Source: Candidatus Hadarchaeota archaeon
GTDB taxonomy: Archaea; Hadarchaeota; Hadarchaeia; Hadarchaeales; Hadarchaeaceae
Assembly (NCBI GenBank): GCA_964514965.1
Contig: CAZETV010000001.1
Location: 843,063 to 875,062 of the forward strand
Direction of reading: 5' to 3'
Length of the DNA stretch: 32,000 nt
The notes under the pieces are model-generated. The model did no database searches. It was not told the DNA's origin and was given only the letters and a program-made list of their open reading frames with translations. The position numbers were made by a program, and so were the translations under genes. Below, piece after piece: positions 9,101 to 17,031 of this stretch (within the stretch, counting starts at the first letter, position 1; every line of letters begins with the position of its first letter).

Positions 9101-9408
9101 GCGGAACAGTGACCAAGGATTTATGGGAGGACTGGTCCGATATTACACTGACGGTACAGATCGGAACTGGAAGAGTAGTCGTGCCGTGTATTGGAGGTAC
9201 CTACAACTACAGCTTGGCGCTCTCAGAGGGCCCGAACACCATAGTCGTACAGGCAACCGATAGTATCGGCAATGCGAGTTCTGCAGCAACTGCAGTGGTC
9301 GAACGAGTAGTTACTCCATGGGCAATCTACGCGATTATCTTGGTGATAGTCGCGCTGATATTGGCTGCTATTGCAATATTTGGTGGATCGATATTTAGAA
9401 AGAAGTAA
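6178..9408 (+). CDS. Large (1076 aa) secreted surface/S-layer-like protein: helical N/A/L-rich repeat region, multiple Ig-like domains, C-terminal TM anchor
   Basis: GTG start 8 nt after an AGGAG motif. Signal peptide MKGKLALAIAALMVTSMALS. Residues ~78-415 are degenerate repeats of the type (L)ENAxxxLxxAGxNL. At least five Ig-like module boundaries are visible (DGTYPTLTI, DTRAPVFV, DTVVPSVSF, DATAPSVPT, DGNAPEVTL). The C-terminal TM helix with basic tail reads PWAIYAIILVIVALILAAIAIFGGSIFRKK. Confidence 0.7.
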   Translation: MKGKLALAIAALMVTSMALSISTTTVTAGVGDSMSPTYARANTRVMFTVTVTNDSATDSIDNIRIISSDAGFIQAIGGAENAENLKLAADNMENAVAFLSQAGENLKLAGDNKAAAGQALIDAAAELVTATNKFVLLGWDNIPSLVDQAATYLDYAATDMAAASENFTNIAANLENAWYYLNLAGGNDKGGSLENLDNYNLNAAENFDNAAAWLDNVGGALENGSLRNAGDNLVIAGIYLENAGKTGGLADNNTALGTAIETAGLKLQLAGNNLIDAADYENNAGLNLVSVKDYLLSSGSLIRLANPNLDAAGDNLENAALQIGYAADNMEDIDDNILKAGENLSVAATYLSNAATQLGAALGGDELGDAMDHENTAADSLNVETVDLGTAGQELVNAADDLSAAATTLLATANSLTPVTWTMTAGSGYVQFNSIDDNTIAAGGNETFVFLWTTPSDDEYTMTIASNKVDGGDANWIVQDTITVTIDGTYPTLTIEVTQTGVVDKNDDAVINVVGTALNNAQATITITASETLQSIGTVTVENSGGSKDNFVPPITLTTTDNIVYTGTFTVGSWDDNVPVVKVASATDLAGLENTAGMEGAFTVDTRAPVFVDNGLSTLVAGMIATNVTQAGTGTTFAYVDNKTAQSITIRVADNVSDVDNGAYVINVTVNTTSATRSAVVENLWSVDPLTLNEGLTSVLTVTATDRTGNTVSDNVENIFIDTVVPSVSFSTIAGKTWEENAELINDSTPTIVLSITDAGLGVAYENLRVVLDDNDNIDGLPIWGDNLDNASPYVWSVTTGATFENIVIYENGESLSDGTYWIGVVASDNIAHDGVEKVVLYRSFTVDATAPSVPTPVTGENPLASTTVINPLVQKSTTLTLVGTSAEVEATVKVYLNDATTAAATSTVDSAGRWTVGIPLTAGQVTKVDVTLTDIAGNEGARYLYGYAMADGNAPEVTLATPPETTDKSSITISGTVTKDLWEDWSDITLTVQIGTGRVVVPCIGGTYNYSLALSEGPNTIVVQATDSIGNASSAATAVVERVVTPWAIYAIILVIVALILAAIAIFGGSIFRKK

Positions 9409-9452
9409 GGGGAAAACGCCAATCAATCCCCTTACTTTTTTGCATTTTTTCT
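9409..9452 (+). terminator. Hairpin plus double oligo-T tract downstream of the surface-protein gene
   Basis: GGGG (9409-9412) pairs with CCCC (9428-9431). T6 runs follow at 9436-9441 and 9445-9450, immediately after the stop codon at 9406-9408. Confidence 0.5.
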
Positions 9453-9507
9453 CTACTAGCGAGAGCCTTCTTAACCATAGCCGAAGCAGCTAAGACGAAA
9501 AGTAGCC

Positions 9508-10062
9508 CTAACACTTTTGGCGCAGGTAAAGGTTGTTTCCTTTTGTGTCAACAGCCACCACGAGCGGCCCAAAATCTCGAACCCTGAGCACCCAGAGAGC
9601 CTCCGCGTCCCCGAGGTCGTGCCAGAGCACCCGTTCGATTTTTTCTATCGATTGGGCAGCGAGCACGGCAGCGCCGCCGGTGAAAGCCAGGTAGATGCAG
9701 CCGCGCCGAGCCAGTTCCACAGCAATCTCTCCACCGAGGCCACCCTTACCCACTAGCGCCCTCACGCCGGTTCGCCTGATGAATTCGGCCTGCATTCGGT
9801 CGAGGCGGGCGCTCGTCGTTGGTCCGGCTGAAACTATTTTTTTGCCGCGAGGAGTTTTTTTGGCGAGGGGTCCGCAATGGTAGACCACACCGCCGCGCAT
9901 ATCGATTGGCAATCTTTTCCGGGAGCGGAGGAAATCTAGAACCCGAGCGTACGACTTGTCTCTTGCAGTGAATATAGTTCCGCTTACGCTCACTAGGTCT
10001 CCGACTCTGAGCTTTGTCACTTCCCGCCCAGTCAACGGCGGCCTCAATTTGATGAGTGTCAC
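9508..10062 (-). CDS. Class I (Fe-S) fumarate hydratase / tartrate dehydratase family, beta subunit
   Basis: 184 aa. VSGTIFTARDKSYARV...VYHCGP...SAGPTTSARLD...LVGKGG...FTGGAAVLAA is the Fe-S hydro-lyase beta-type catalytic domain. One-nucleotide abutment with the alpha subunit gene. Confidence 0.88.
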   Translation of the reverse strand: MTLIKLRPPLTGREVTKLRVGDLVSVSGTIFTARDKSYARVLDFLRSRKRLPIDMRGGVVYHCGPLAKKTPRGKKIVSAGPTTSARLDRMQAEFIRRTGVRALVGKGGLGGEIAVELARRGCIYLAFTGGAAVLAAQSIEKIERVLWHDLGDAEALWVLRVRDFGPLVVAVDTKGNNLYLRQKC

Positions 10063-10958
10063 TAAGGAGCCTCCACTCGCAGGTTATCTCCAACCAATCG
10101 CGCAGATGCTCGGCGTGCCGCCCAGCATTGGAAGTTGATGGCAACCGGTAAACTCGCGGTGTGGCACGCTGCTTTGGCCGCGCGAACTCCTAATACGGTG
10201 GTTCGTCCGCCCAGGCCTATCGGACCTATGCCGAGTTTGTTCGCCTCGTTCGTTAGCTCTCGCTCCATGTGCGCGAGTTTTTTGTCGGGGTTCTTCGCGC
10301 TGAGGGGACGGAGCAAGACTTTCTTCGCGAGCAGGCAAGCAGTATCCGCTGAACCTCCGATACCCACGCCCACGATGACCGGCGGGCAGAGTTGTCCTCC
10401 AGCTTCCGCGAGAGTCAATAGCACAGCCCTTTTGATGGCAATTTTTTCATCAATCGGCTTGAGCATGAACAACCTGCTCCAGTTCTCCGCACCAGCGCCT
10501 TTGATCAGCAGGTCGATTGAGAGTTTTTTCCCCGGCACGAGTTCAAGGTGAACAGACGGTTGTCCCATGCCGAGGTTGGTGTTGGTGTTTTTGCGCGTGA
10601 GCGGGTCTACGACGTTTGCGCGCAGCGGCACCTCTCGAGTGGCTTGAGCGACGGCTTTGTAGATGGATTTATTCAGGTCGAAATCCAGCTTGAGTTCTGA
10701 GCCCAGCTGAATGAAAAAGGTGAAAGTACCTGTGTCTTGGCAGATGGGCGCTCCCAGATTTTTCGCCAGCTTGAGATTTTTCAGCATGCAGTCGAGTTGC
10801 AGCTTGGCGATGCGGTTTCGCTCGCGGACTCTGCTCCGTTTGAGAGCACTCACGACATCTTCGGACAAAGTTATTTCGGCATGGCGAAGCATTTCAACAA
10901 TAGCGGCTCGAAATTTGGCTTCGGCCAGCATGCAATCGAATGTTGATAAGATAAGCAA
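10062..10958 (-). CDS. Class I (Fe-S) fumarate hydratase / tartrate dehydratase family, alpha subunit
   Basis: 298 aa. PICQDTGTFTFFIQLG...VPLRANVVDPLTRKNTNTNLG...CPPVIVGVGIGGSAD are the conserved motifs of the alpha-type domain. The true start may be the downstream M (MLAEAKF...). Confidence 0.88.
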   Translation of the reverse strand: MLILSTFDCMLAEAKFRAAIVEMLRHAEITLSEDVVSALKRSRVRERNRIAKLQLDCMLKNLKLAKNLGAPICQDTGTFTFFIQLGSELKLDFDLNKSIYKAVAQATREVPLRANVVDPLTRKNTNTNLGMGQPSVHLELVPGKKLSIDLLIKGAGAENWSRLFMLKPIDEKIAIKRAVLLTLAEAGGQLCPPVIVGVGIGGSADTACLLAKKVLLRPLSAKNPDKKLAHMERELTNEANKLGIGPIGLGGRTTVLGVRAAKAACHTASLPVAINFQCWAARRASARLVGDNLRVEAP

Positions 10959-10982
10959 CGTTAAAACTTCTTCGCAGAAAGG

Positions 10983-11375
10983 TTGGGATGTGAGTTCATG
11001 CGCTTGGTCGATCGAAATACCGGTAAAATCTTGGCTAGCGAGGTTGAGTTAGCGGACACATTTTGGAGGCGTTTTCGAGGGCTGATGTTAAGGCGCAAGT
11101 TTCAGCGGGGTAGGGCGCTGTTGTTCAAGTTTTCCAAGCCCGGTCGCTACGCCGTGCACATGTGGTTCGTATGGTTTCCCATCGACTTGGTCTATCTTGA
11201 TTCGAGTTTCAGAGTTGTCGAGCTTCGCGCAGGTCTCAAATCTTGGCGATTTTACAGACCCAAGGCAGTTGTTAATTATCTCGTCGAGGCTCCTGTTGGG
11301 ACTATTTCTCATGCAGGTGTAAAGGTTGGTCACAAAATTTCGTTTGAGGGAAAAAGTTTTAACCCACTAGAATAA
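10983..11375 (+). CDS. DUF192 (COG1430) family protein
   Basis: 130 aa. The pattern LADTFWRRFRGLMLRR...LLF...AVHMWFVWFPIDLVYLD...VVEL...LVEAPVG fits the DUF192 family. The likely start is the internal ATG at 10998. Confidence 0.7.
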   Translation: MGCEFMRLVDRNTGKILASEVELADTFWRRFRGLMLRRKFQRGRALLFKFSKPGRYAVHMWFVWFPIDLVYLDSSFRVVELRAGLKSWRFYRPKAVVNYLVEAPVGTISHAGVKVGHKISFEGKSFNPLE

Positions 11376-11392
11376 GGAAAGATTGGCTGAGG

Positions 11393-12331
11393 TTGGTGGG
11401 GGACAGAGTTGAGCAGGTGAATGTCCCAAAAGCACTAGCCGAGGCGGCTGCGCATCTTGCTTTAGAAGTTAAGGCAGATGCAATTCTAGCTTTAACTGAA
11501 ACTGGTAAAAATTGCGGTCCTCTTTTCAAGAAGAACCTGCTTGGCACCCATGGGAAGGATATAAAAGTGGTTCTCGCCACGCCCAGCCACGAAACTTACG
11601 AGAGATTCGGCAAAAGCGCCCACGTAAGACTGATCAAGCTGACGGCACGGGCGCAGGGGAGATTTGGCCAAGTCCACCATGCAATGGCGTGCGGGTTGCA
11701 GGAAGGAATATTCTCTCCAGGGGAGCGTTTGGTTTGTTTGGCGGGGGATGGTTTCGCCGATAGCACCGATGCCCTTTTGGTTTTGCACGTTTCCGGATAT
11801 GAGCCGGTGATTGAAACGGTGGAATCGGACCCCGTTCTGGCCTCGGCCGCTGAGATATCGCTCAAGCTCGGAAGAGGAGTTTTGGACGGAAGGTCCGTTG
11901 GCGCGGCGTTCATAATCGGGGACATCAAAGCGGTCTTGAGGCTATCGCACCAACTCATGATTAACCCGTTCAAGAGTTACTTGGTAAATATCACCGATAG
12001 AGAACAATGGGGGATTATCCAGAAATACGCTACTTTTGATGGGGCTTTCATCGTGGGGGACGATGGGCGCGTCATCTCTGCGGAGCGCTACCTCAACGCA
12101 GATGTCAAAGTTGAAATTCCACGTGGTCTGGGCACACGGCACTTGGCGGTAGCAGCAATGACCGCGGCAACCAAAGCAAGAGGGGTAACGGTCTCTGGGG
12201 AAGACGGGATGGTAAGAATTTTTAAAAACGGCAAAATCATAACGAAAATAGACCCGCGGAGCGGCATTTTCGAGTACCTGCGCGAGGCGCGGGACCAATC
12301 GGGTGTTAAGAGTTTTAGGTCGAAGGACTAA
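11393..12331 (+). CDS. dacZ: DacZ-type diadenylate cyclase (pyruvate-kinase-C-terminal-like domain + DAC domain)
   Basis: The N-terminal half resembles a PK C-terminal regulatory domain (AEAAAHLALEVKADAILALTETGKN...). The C-terminal half carries DAC motifs: GAAFIIGD, DGAFIVGDDGRVISAERYL, LGTRHLAVAAMT, VTVSGEDGMVRIFKNGKI. It uses a TTG/GTG start. Confidence 0.78.
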   Translation: MVGDRVEQVNVPKALAEAAAHLALEVKADAILALTETGKNCGPLFKKNLLGTHGKDIKVVLATPSHETYERFGKSAHVRLIKLTARAQGRFGQVHHAMACGLQEGIFSPGERLVCLAGDGFADSTDALLVLHVSGYEPVIETVESDPVLASAAEISLKLGRGVLDGRSVGAAFIIGDIKAVLRLSHQLMINPFKSYLVNITDREQWGIIQKYATFDGAFIVGDDGRVISAERYLNADVKVEIPRGLGTRHLAVAAMTAATKARGVTVSGEDGMVRIFKNGKIITKIDPRSGIFEYLREARDQSGVKSFRSKD

Positions 12332-12348
12332 GATAGTTCAGGGTCGGG

Positions 12349-14061
12349 ATGCGTTACACGATTTTAGCCGAGGCTTTTGAAAAGTTAGAACACACCCCAT
12401 CTTATTTGGAAAAAAATTCGCTCATAGTGGACTTACTGAAACGCACGCCCGCCGAGGAGATGGAGCGAGTTGTCTTGCTGTTACTCGGCAAGCCTTGGCC
12501 AGCCTACGTTTCTAAGGAGACCGGTGTCGGGCTGCAACAGCTCAAGAAGGCGGTCGCGCAGGCTTCCGGCTACTCACCCCCAGATGTCGACAAGCTTATG
12601 GGGCAGGTTGGAGATCTCGGCGAAGTGGCGAGGCAGCTCTTGGGTAAGAAAAAGCAGGTGACTCTTTTCACCGAGCAGCTGACAGTGAAAAAGGTCTTCG
12701 GTAATATCAAACAGTTGCCTGAAATCACTGGCGAGGGCTCGATTGACCGAAAGATAGCTTCGATTGCCGAACTCTTGACAAGCTCCACCCCGCTCGAGGC
12801 CAAGTTCATCGTCCGCAGCGTGATTGGCGACCTCAGAATAGGCGTGGCCGAGGGAAGGTTGCGTGATGCGATAGCGAGCGCGTTCAATGTTTTGCCAGAG
12901 GTGGTCGAACACGCGTACATGCTTACGACGGACTACTCGATCGTCGCGAAGGCTGTTGCCAAGGGCGGGGAAAATGGTCTCGAGAAGCTCGGGGTCGTGA
13001 TAGGACATCCCGTGAACCCCATGCTGGCGCAGCGAGCTGAAACGATTGATGAGATTCTCAAGCGGATGAAGGGAAAAGCAGCCTTTGAAATAAAACTCGA
13101 TGGTATCAGAGTCCAAGTCCACAAGAATGGCGACGAGGTTTCGCTCTTCACGAGGCGGATGGAGGATTACACAGGCATGTTTCCAGACCTCGTTGACCCT
13201 TTACGCCAAGCGTTGAAGCCGAAGCGAGCGATAGTCGACGGAGAGCTGGTGGCGATTGACAAACGTACGGGGAAGCCCATGCCGTTTCAGGAGGTGCTCA
13301 AGAGGCGCCGAAAGTACGAGATAAAGCAGACGATCGAACAAATCCCGGTTGAGCTGCATCTGTTCGACGTACTGGTGTCGAATGATAATATCATGCTCGA
13401 TGATTCATACCTCGAACGGAGAAAAATGCTTGAAAAGATAGTCAAGCCGATAAAAGGAAAGGTGATGGTTGTTGAACAGCGAGTTCTCAGCAAGTCAAAT
13501 GAGATAAAAGAGTTCATGGACTGGGCGATTAGGATAGGCCACGAGGGGCTGCTCGCGAAGGATCTAGAGGCGAGCTACCGCGCGGGGCGGAGGGAGTTTG
13601 TGTGGCTCAAGCTCAAGCCCATGCTGGAGACCCTCGATCTCGTTGTTGTTGGAGGGCTCTTCGGCAGGGGAAAGCGCGCAGGATTCTTCGGCAGTTATGT
13701 GCTCGCAGCGCGCGATGAGAAGAGCGGGAAATTTAAGACTGTGACGAAATGCGGGAGTGGTTACACCGATGAAGATTTGAAAGAGCTTACGAAGTTGTTC
13801 AAGAAAATTCAGCTCAAGAAGCCGCATGAAGATGTCGAGATAGAAATAGATTGCGATGCGTACTTTGAGCCCAAGATAGTTTTCGAAATGGTGCATGAAG
13901 AAATACAAAAGTCACCTGAATTAAAGCATACTTCAACCTTTGCCCTCCGCTTTCCCCGTTACATAAGAATCAGAGAAGACAGAAGGGCGGAAGAGGTCAA
14001 CACAATCAAAGACCTTGCTGAGATGTATGAAAGACAGCAGAAAAGGAAGGCAAAAACTTAG
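12349..14061 (+). CDS. lig: ATP-dependent DNA ligase
   Basis: 570 aa. The adenylation motif I is KxDG (FEIKLDGIRVQVH). Other supporting segments are DGELVA, LHLFDVL, EGLLAKD, WLKLKP and a C-terminal OB fold (FALRFPRYIRIREDR). Confidence 0.95.
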   Translation: MRYTILAEAFEKLEHTPSYLEKNSLIVDLLKRTPAEEMERVVLLLLGKPWPAYVSKETGVGLQQLKKAVAQASGYSPPDVDKLMGQVGDLGEVARQLLGKKKQVTLFTEQLTVKKVFGNIKQLPEITGEGSIDRKIASIAELLTSSTPLEAKFIVRSVIGDLRIGVAEGRLRDAIASAFNVLPEVVEHAYMLTTDYSIVAKAVAKGGENGLEKLGVVIGHPVNPMLAQRAETIDEILKRMKGKAAFEIKLDGIRVQVHKNGDEVSLFTRRMEDYTGMFPDLVDPLRQALKPKRAIVDGELVAIDKRTGKPMPFQEVLKRRRKYEIKQTIEQIPVELHLFDVLVSNDNIMLDDSYLERRKMLEKIVKPIKGKVMVVEQRVLSKSNEIKEFMDWAIRIGHEGLLAKDLEASYRAGRREFVWLKLKPMLETLDLVVVGGLFGRGKRAGFFGSYVLAARDEKSGKFKTVTKCGSGYTDEDLKELTKLFKKIQLKKPHEDVEIEIDCDAYFEPKIVFEMVHEEIQKSPELKHTSTFALRFPRYIRIREDRRAEEVNTIKDLAEMYERQQKRKAKT

Positions 14062-14062
14062 G

Positions 14063-15460
14063 TCAGCTTAGCTGGCTGATTATACTATTCTCAAAAATCT
14101 GTAAAAACTCCGGGATTTTATTTTCCTCCACCTGTGCACCGCAGGCAACCGCGTGTCCGCCACCCTCGCCCCCAACGGCTGCGGCAGCATCTCGGATTGC
14201 TCGTGCGAGATCTAGTCCCTTCAGGAAAAGCAGCTTGGAGCACCGCGCCGAGATTTTCGCGGCGTCCTGAACTCGGACGATGCCGACGATGGGCTTATAC
14301 TGGTCACAGAGCTTGGTGCCAAGGATTAAATTCGCCACGGTGCCGACGAAAGTCTCCTTGAGTGCACCTGTTGCGTCGAAATATTGAAGGTAATCTTTGG
14401 GCCCTCGCTCGAGTCCACGTTGTTCGATGAAGTCCATGCCTTTCGCTATGCTCCGTCTGTGGTACCGAAGCAAGTTCAACATCGCGCGGTGGTAAGTCCT
14501 GCGGTCACCTTTGGCGACCTCTAAACCTATCAGCGGTTGCTCGTGGCGCGCGGTCGAGTTTATGCAAGTTGCGAACCCATCGGCATCGCGGAGTATCGAG
14601 CGGTTGTCTTCTTTCAACATCGTGTGAGCCTCGCCGATTATCAACCCCGGGACATATTGCACGAGTTCCTTAGGCACGTTTGTATATGCCCGCGTAATCA
14701 GCTCGGTTGCCAGTCGACGTTTTTCAGCATCGGTGAGGTCAACTGGCCGGCGCCATCCACCATCCCTCTTGAGCGGGATGTCGAGGTCCTTGAGCAAGCT
14801 AATGCAACCGGGGGTCGAATTGCTGACTCCGGGAATTGGGGGGTCTGTTAATGATTCGAGTGCCTTGAAAATTGGACGGGTATGGCGTCCGTAAAGCATC
14901 AAATCGGTCTTTTGCTCCAAGACTTTTGAATCGGTGCCGTCCTTGGCGATTTGTCGATTGTAGCCGAGTAACTTTCCCCAAGCATTTTGAATGTCACCGA
15001 TGGCGCCCACGATTGCGAGCGCCGAGAGGTCTTGATTGGCTTGATTTAATTCTCGAGTGATTAGGTAGGCCATCCCTGCTCCGCTGATTTCCTGCGCGCC
15101 GTCCAAGCCGTGTTGGTGGGCGTTGAGGTGAACGAGTTTTGGCCAGCCATCCGCCCGCTCCGGCTCGTGGTGGTCGGCGATGATGACATCATGCCCGGAA
15201 AAGCCTTTACGGACATTTTGAAGCTGCGAGCTCCCGAGATCGGTGAATATGGTCAGGTCGGCAGGGTCTAGTTCCTTGACGACTTCTTGGTAGAGCATGC
15301 GGACAAATCTCGTATGATGCTTGATATCGCCTCGATCGAGAGCTTTTGAAATTATCGCGGCCGCGCACACCCCATCAGCGTCCATGTGTGAGATGATTTC
15401 GATAGAATCGTTTCGGTGTTTTTTGATCAGCTCTGCGGCTTTTCGAGCGACGGTAAGCAT
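14063..15460 (-). CDS. recJ: Archaeal RecJ-like DHH/DHHA1 phosphoesterase (GAN/Cdc45-RecJ family)
   Basis: 465 aa. DHH motifs are present: HMDADGVCAAAI, IFTDLG, IIADHHEP, and the C-terminal GGGH (VGGEGGGHAVACGAQ). Convergent with lig, separated by 1 nt. Confidence 0.85.
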   Translation of the reverse strand: MLTVARKAAELIKKHRNDSIEIISHMDADGVCAAAIISKALDRGDIKHHTRFVRMLYQEVVKELDPADLTIFTDLGSSQLQNVRKGFSGHDVIIADHHEPERADGWPKLVHLNAHQHGLDGAQEISGAGMAYLITRELNQANQDLSALAIVGAIGDIQNAWGKLLGYNRQIAKDGTDSKVLEQKTDLMLYGRHTRPIFKALESLTDPPIPGVSNSTPGCISLLKDLDIPLKRDGGWRRPVDLTDAEKRRLATELITRAYTNVPKELVQYVPGLIIGEAHTMLKEDNRSILRDADGFATCINSTARHEQPLIGLEVAKGDRRTYHRAMLNLLRYHRRSIAKGMDFIEQRGLERGPKDYLQYFDATGALKETFVGTVANLILGTKLCDQYKPIVGIVRVQDAAKISARCSKLLFLKGLDLARAIRDAAAAVGGEGGGHAVACGAQVEENKIPEFLQIFENSIISQLS

Positions 15461-15705
15461 GAAATCACCATCAGTCTGTGCACGACTTTATAAGTTAAAG
15501 TGTAAGAAATCAGCGGGTGAAAGGTTGAATATCCACCAGGGATACATAGGGGAGTTGTCGCTTAACATTTTGGCGATTGATTTTAAATCGTTCATGATAG
15601 GAGGGTTCAATCCATTGTTGGCGTGGGGCGGTTCAGGATTGGGAGCGGTATTGCTGATTCACGATACTTTGTGCCATCTCAATAACAGGAAAAAGTGGTG
15701 GGGTT

Positions 15706-16725
15706 ATGCGAACGATTGAGCTTCGAGGCAAAAGCGTCGTACTAATCGATCAAACGAGGTTGCCTCAAGAGTTGAGATTGGTCAGATGCAGGAGCGCCGA
15801 GGAAGTAGCTAGGGCGATTGAGCGCATGCAGGTAAGGGGGGCGCCAGTACTCGCCGCGGCGGTAGCGATGGCGCTTGCGGTCACCGCGTTGCGAAGTAAG
15901 GCCAGAGAGCGAACTCAGATGCTACGCGAGCTGGAGACAGTGGCCGATAGGATGAAACGGACCCGCCCGACTGGAGCCAACTTGTTCGTAGGCTTGGAGC
16001 TCGTACTCCATGCAGCTCGTTCAGCACGTGATGTGAGGGAAATTCGCGCTGCAGTTGTGCGGGAAGCGAAACGCATCGCCGACGAAGATGTCGAGGTAAA
16101 CCACAAGATGGGAAAAAATGGAGCTAGATTAATCAAGAATGGAGAAGTTGTGCTCACGCACTGCAATGCTGGCGCGCTCGCGACTGTGGATTACGGTACA
16201 GCTCTGGGTGTGGTTCGTGCTGCGTGGCGCCAAAGAAAGCGCATTACAGTCATAGCGACCGAAACCCGCCCCTTTTTACAGGGCGCGCGGCTGACGGCTT
16301 GGGAGCTGAAGCGCGAGGGCATCCCGGTCACGGTGATTACTGACAATATGGTTGGATATTGTTTTTCCAAAAAAATGGTTGATTTGGTGCTGGTCGGTGC
16401 AGATCGAATAGCTGCGAACGGTGATGTCGCGAACAAAATAGGCACTTATTCTATAGCGGTGCTCGCTAAGGAGCATCGCGTGCCTTTTTACGTTGTTGCC
16501 CCAACCAGCACGATTGATTTGAGCTTGCGAAGCGGCAGGGAAATCCCGATTGAGCAACGCGATGTGAATGAAATTATTTCCATTGCGGGGAAGCGGGTTG
16601 TGCCTAGAGGCGTTAAGGTGTTCAACCCCGCGTTCGATGTCACGCCGGCACGCTTGATAAAGGCAATCGTGACCGAGCGAGGTATAGTGAAGCCGAGCGA
16701 GCTAAAGTCTTTATTCGCACACTAA
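15706..16725 (+). CDS. mtnA: S-methyl-5-thioribose-1-phosphate isomerase / aIF-2B-related isomerase family
   Basis: 339 aa. LIDQTRLPQEL, MQVRGAPVLAAA, RPTGANL, THCNAGALATVDYGTALG, ETRPFLQGARLTAWEL, VGADRIAANGDVANKIGTY and NPAFDVTPA are MtnA/eIF-2B-family signatures. Confidence 0.85.
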   Translation: MRTIELRGKSVVLIDQTRLPQELRLVRCRSAEEVARAIERMQVRGAPVLAAAVAMALAVTALRSKARERTQMLRELETVADRMKRTRPTGANLFVGLELVLHAARSARDVREIRAAVVREAKRIADEDVEVNHKMGKNGARLIKNGEVVLTHCNAGALATVDYGTALGVVRAAWRQRKRITVIATETRPFLQGARLTAWELKREGIPVTVITDNMVGYCFSKKMVDLVLVGADRIAANGDVANKIGTYSIAVLAKEHRVPFYVVAPTSTIDLSLRSGREIPIEQRDVNEIISIAGKRVVPRGVKVFNPAFDVTPARLIKAIVTERGIVKPSELKSLFAH

Positions 16726-16949
16726 GCTGCTTCTACTCGTTTGACTTCTGGTATCTCTCGCTTAAGCGTCCGTTCAATGCCAAGCGCCAGCGTCATCGTG
16801 GACATTGGGCAGCCAGCGCACGCGCCGACCAGTTTTACCTTGACCACACCATCGCTTGTGACATCGACGAGTTCGACGTCTCCGCCGTCAGCTTGAAGGG
16901 CAGGTTTAATCTTGGCTAGAGCCTTCTCGACTTTTTCACGTGTTTCCAT
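16722..16949 (-). CDS. NifU C-terminal-like (Nfu) Fe-S cluster scaffold/carrier domain protein
   Basis: 75 aa. IKPALQADGGDVELVDV...VKVKLVGACAGCPMSTMTL is the Nfu/NifU_C CxxC pattern. Confidence 0.85.
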   Translation of the reverse strand: METREKVEKALAKIKPALQADGGDVELVDVTSDGVVKVKLVGACAGCPMSTMTLALGIERTLKREIPEVKRVEAA

Positions 16950-17031
16950 TTAATTCACCAAATTCACATTAATTATTATAGCAGCATTGTTTTTTTAAGT
17001 TTTGGGATTTCCTCATTTTAAAGATAACAAA

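Noticed and set aside
15591-15660. CATGATAG ... CTGA pair in the recJ/mtnA divergent spacer as a possible C/D sRNA
   Set aside because: The C box has two mismatches, there are no internal C'/D' boxes, and the ~60-nt spacing lacks the expected symmetry.
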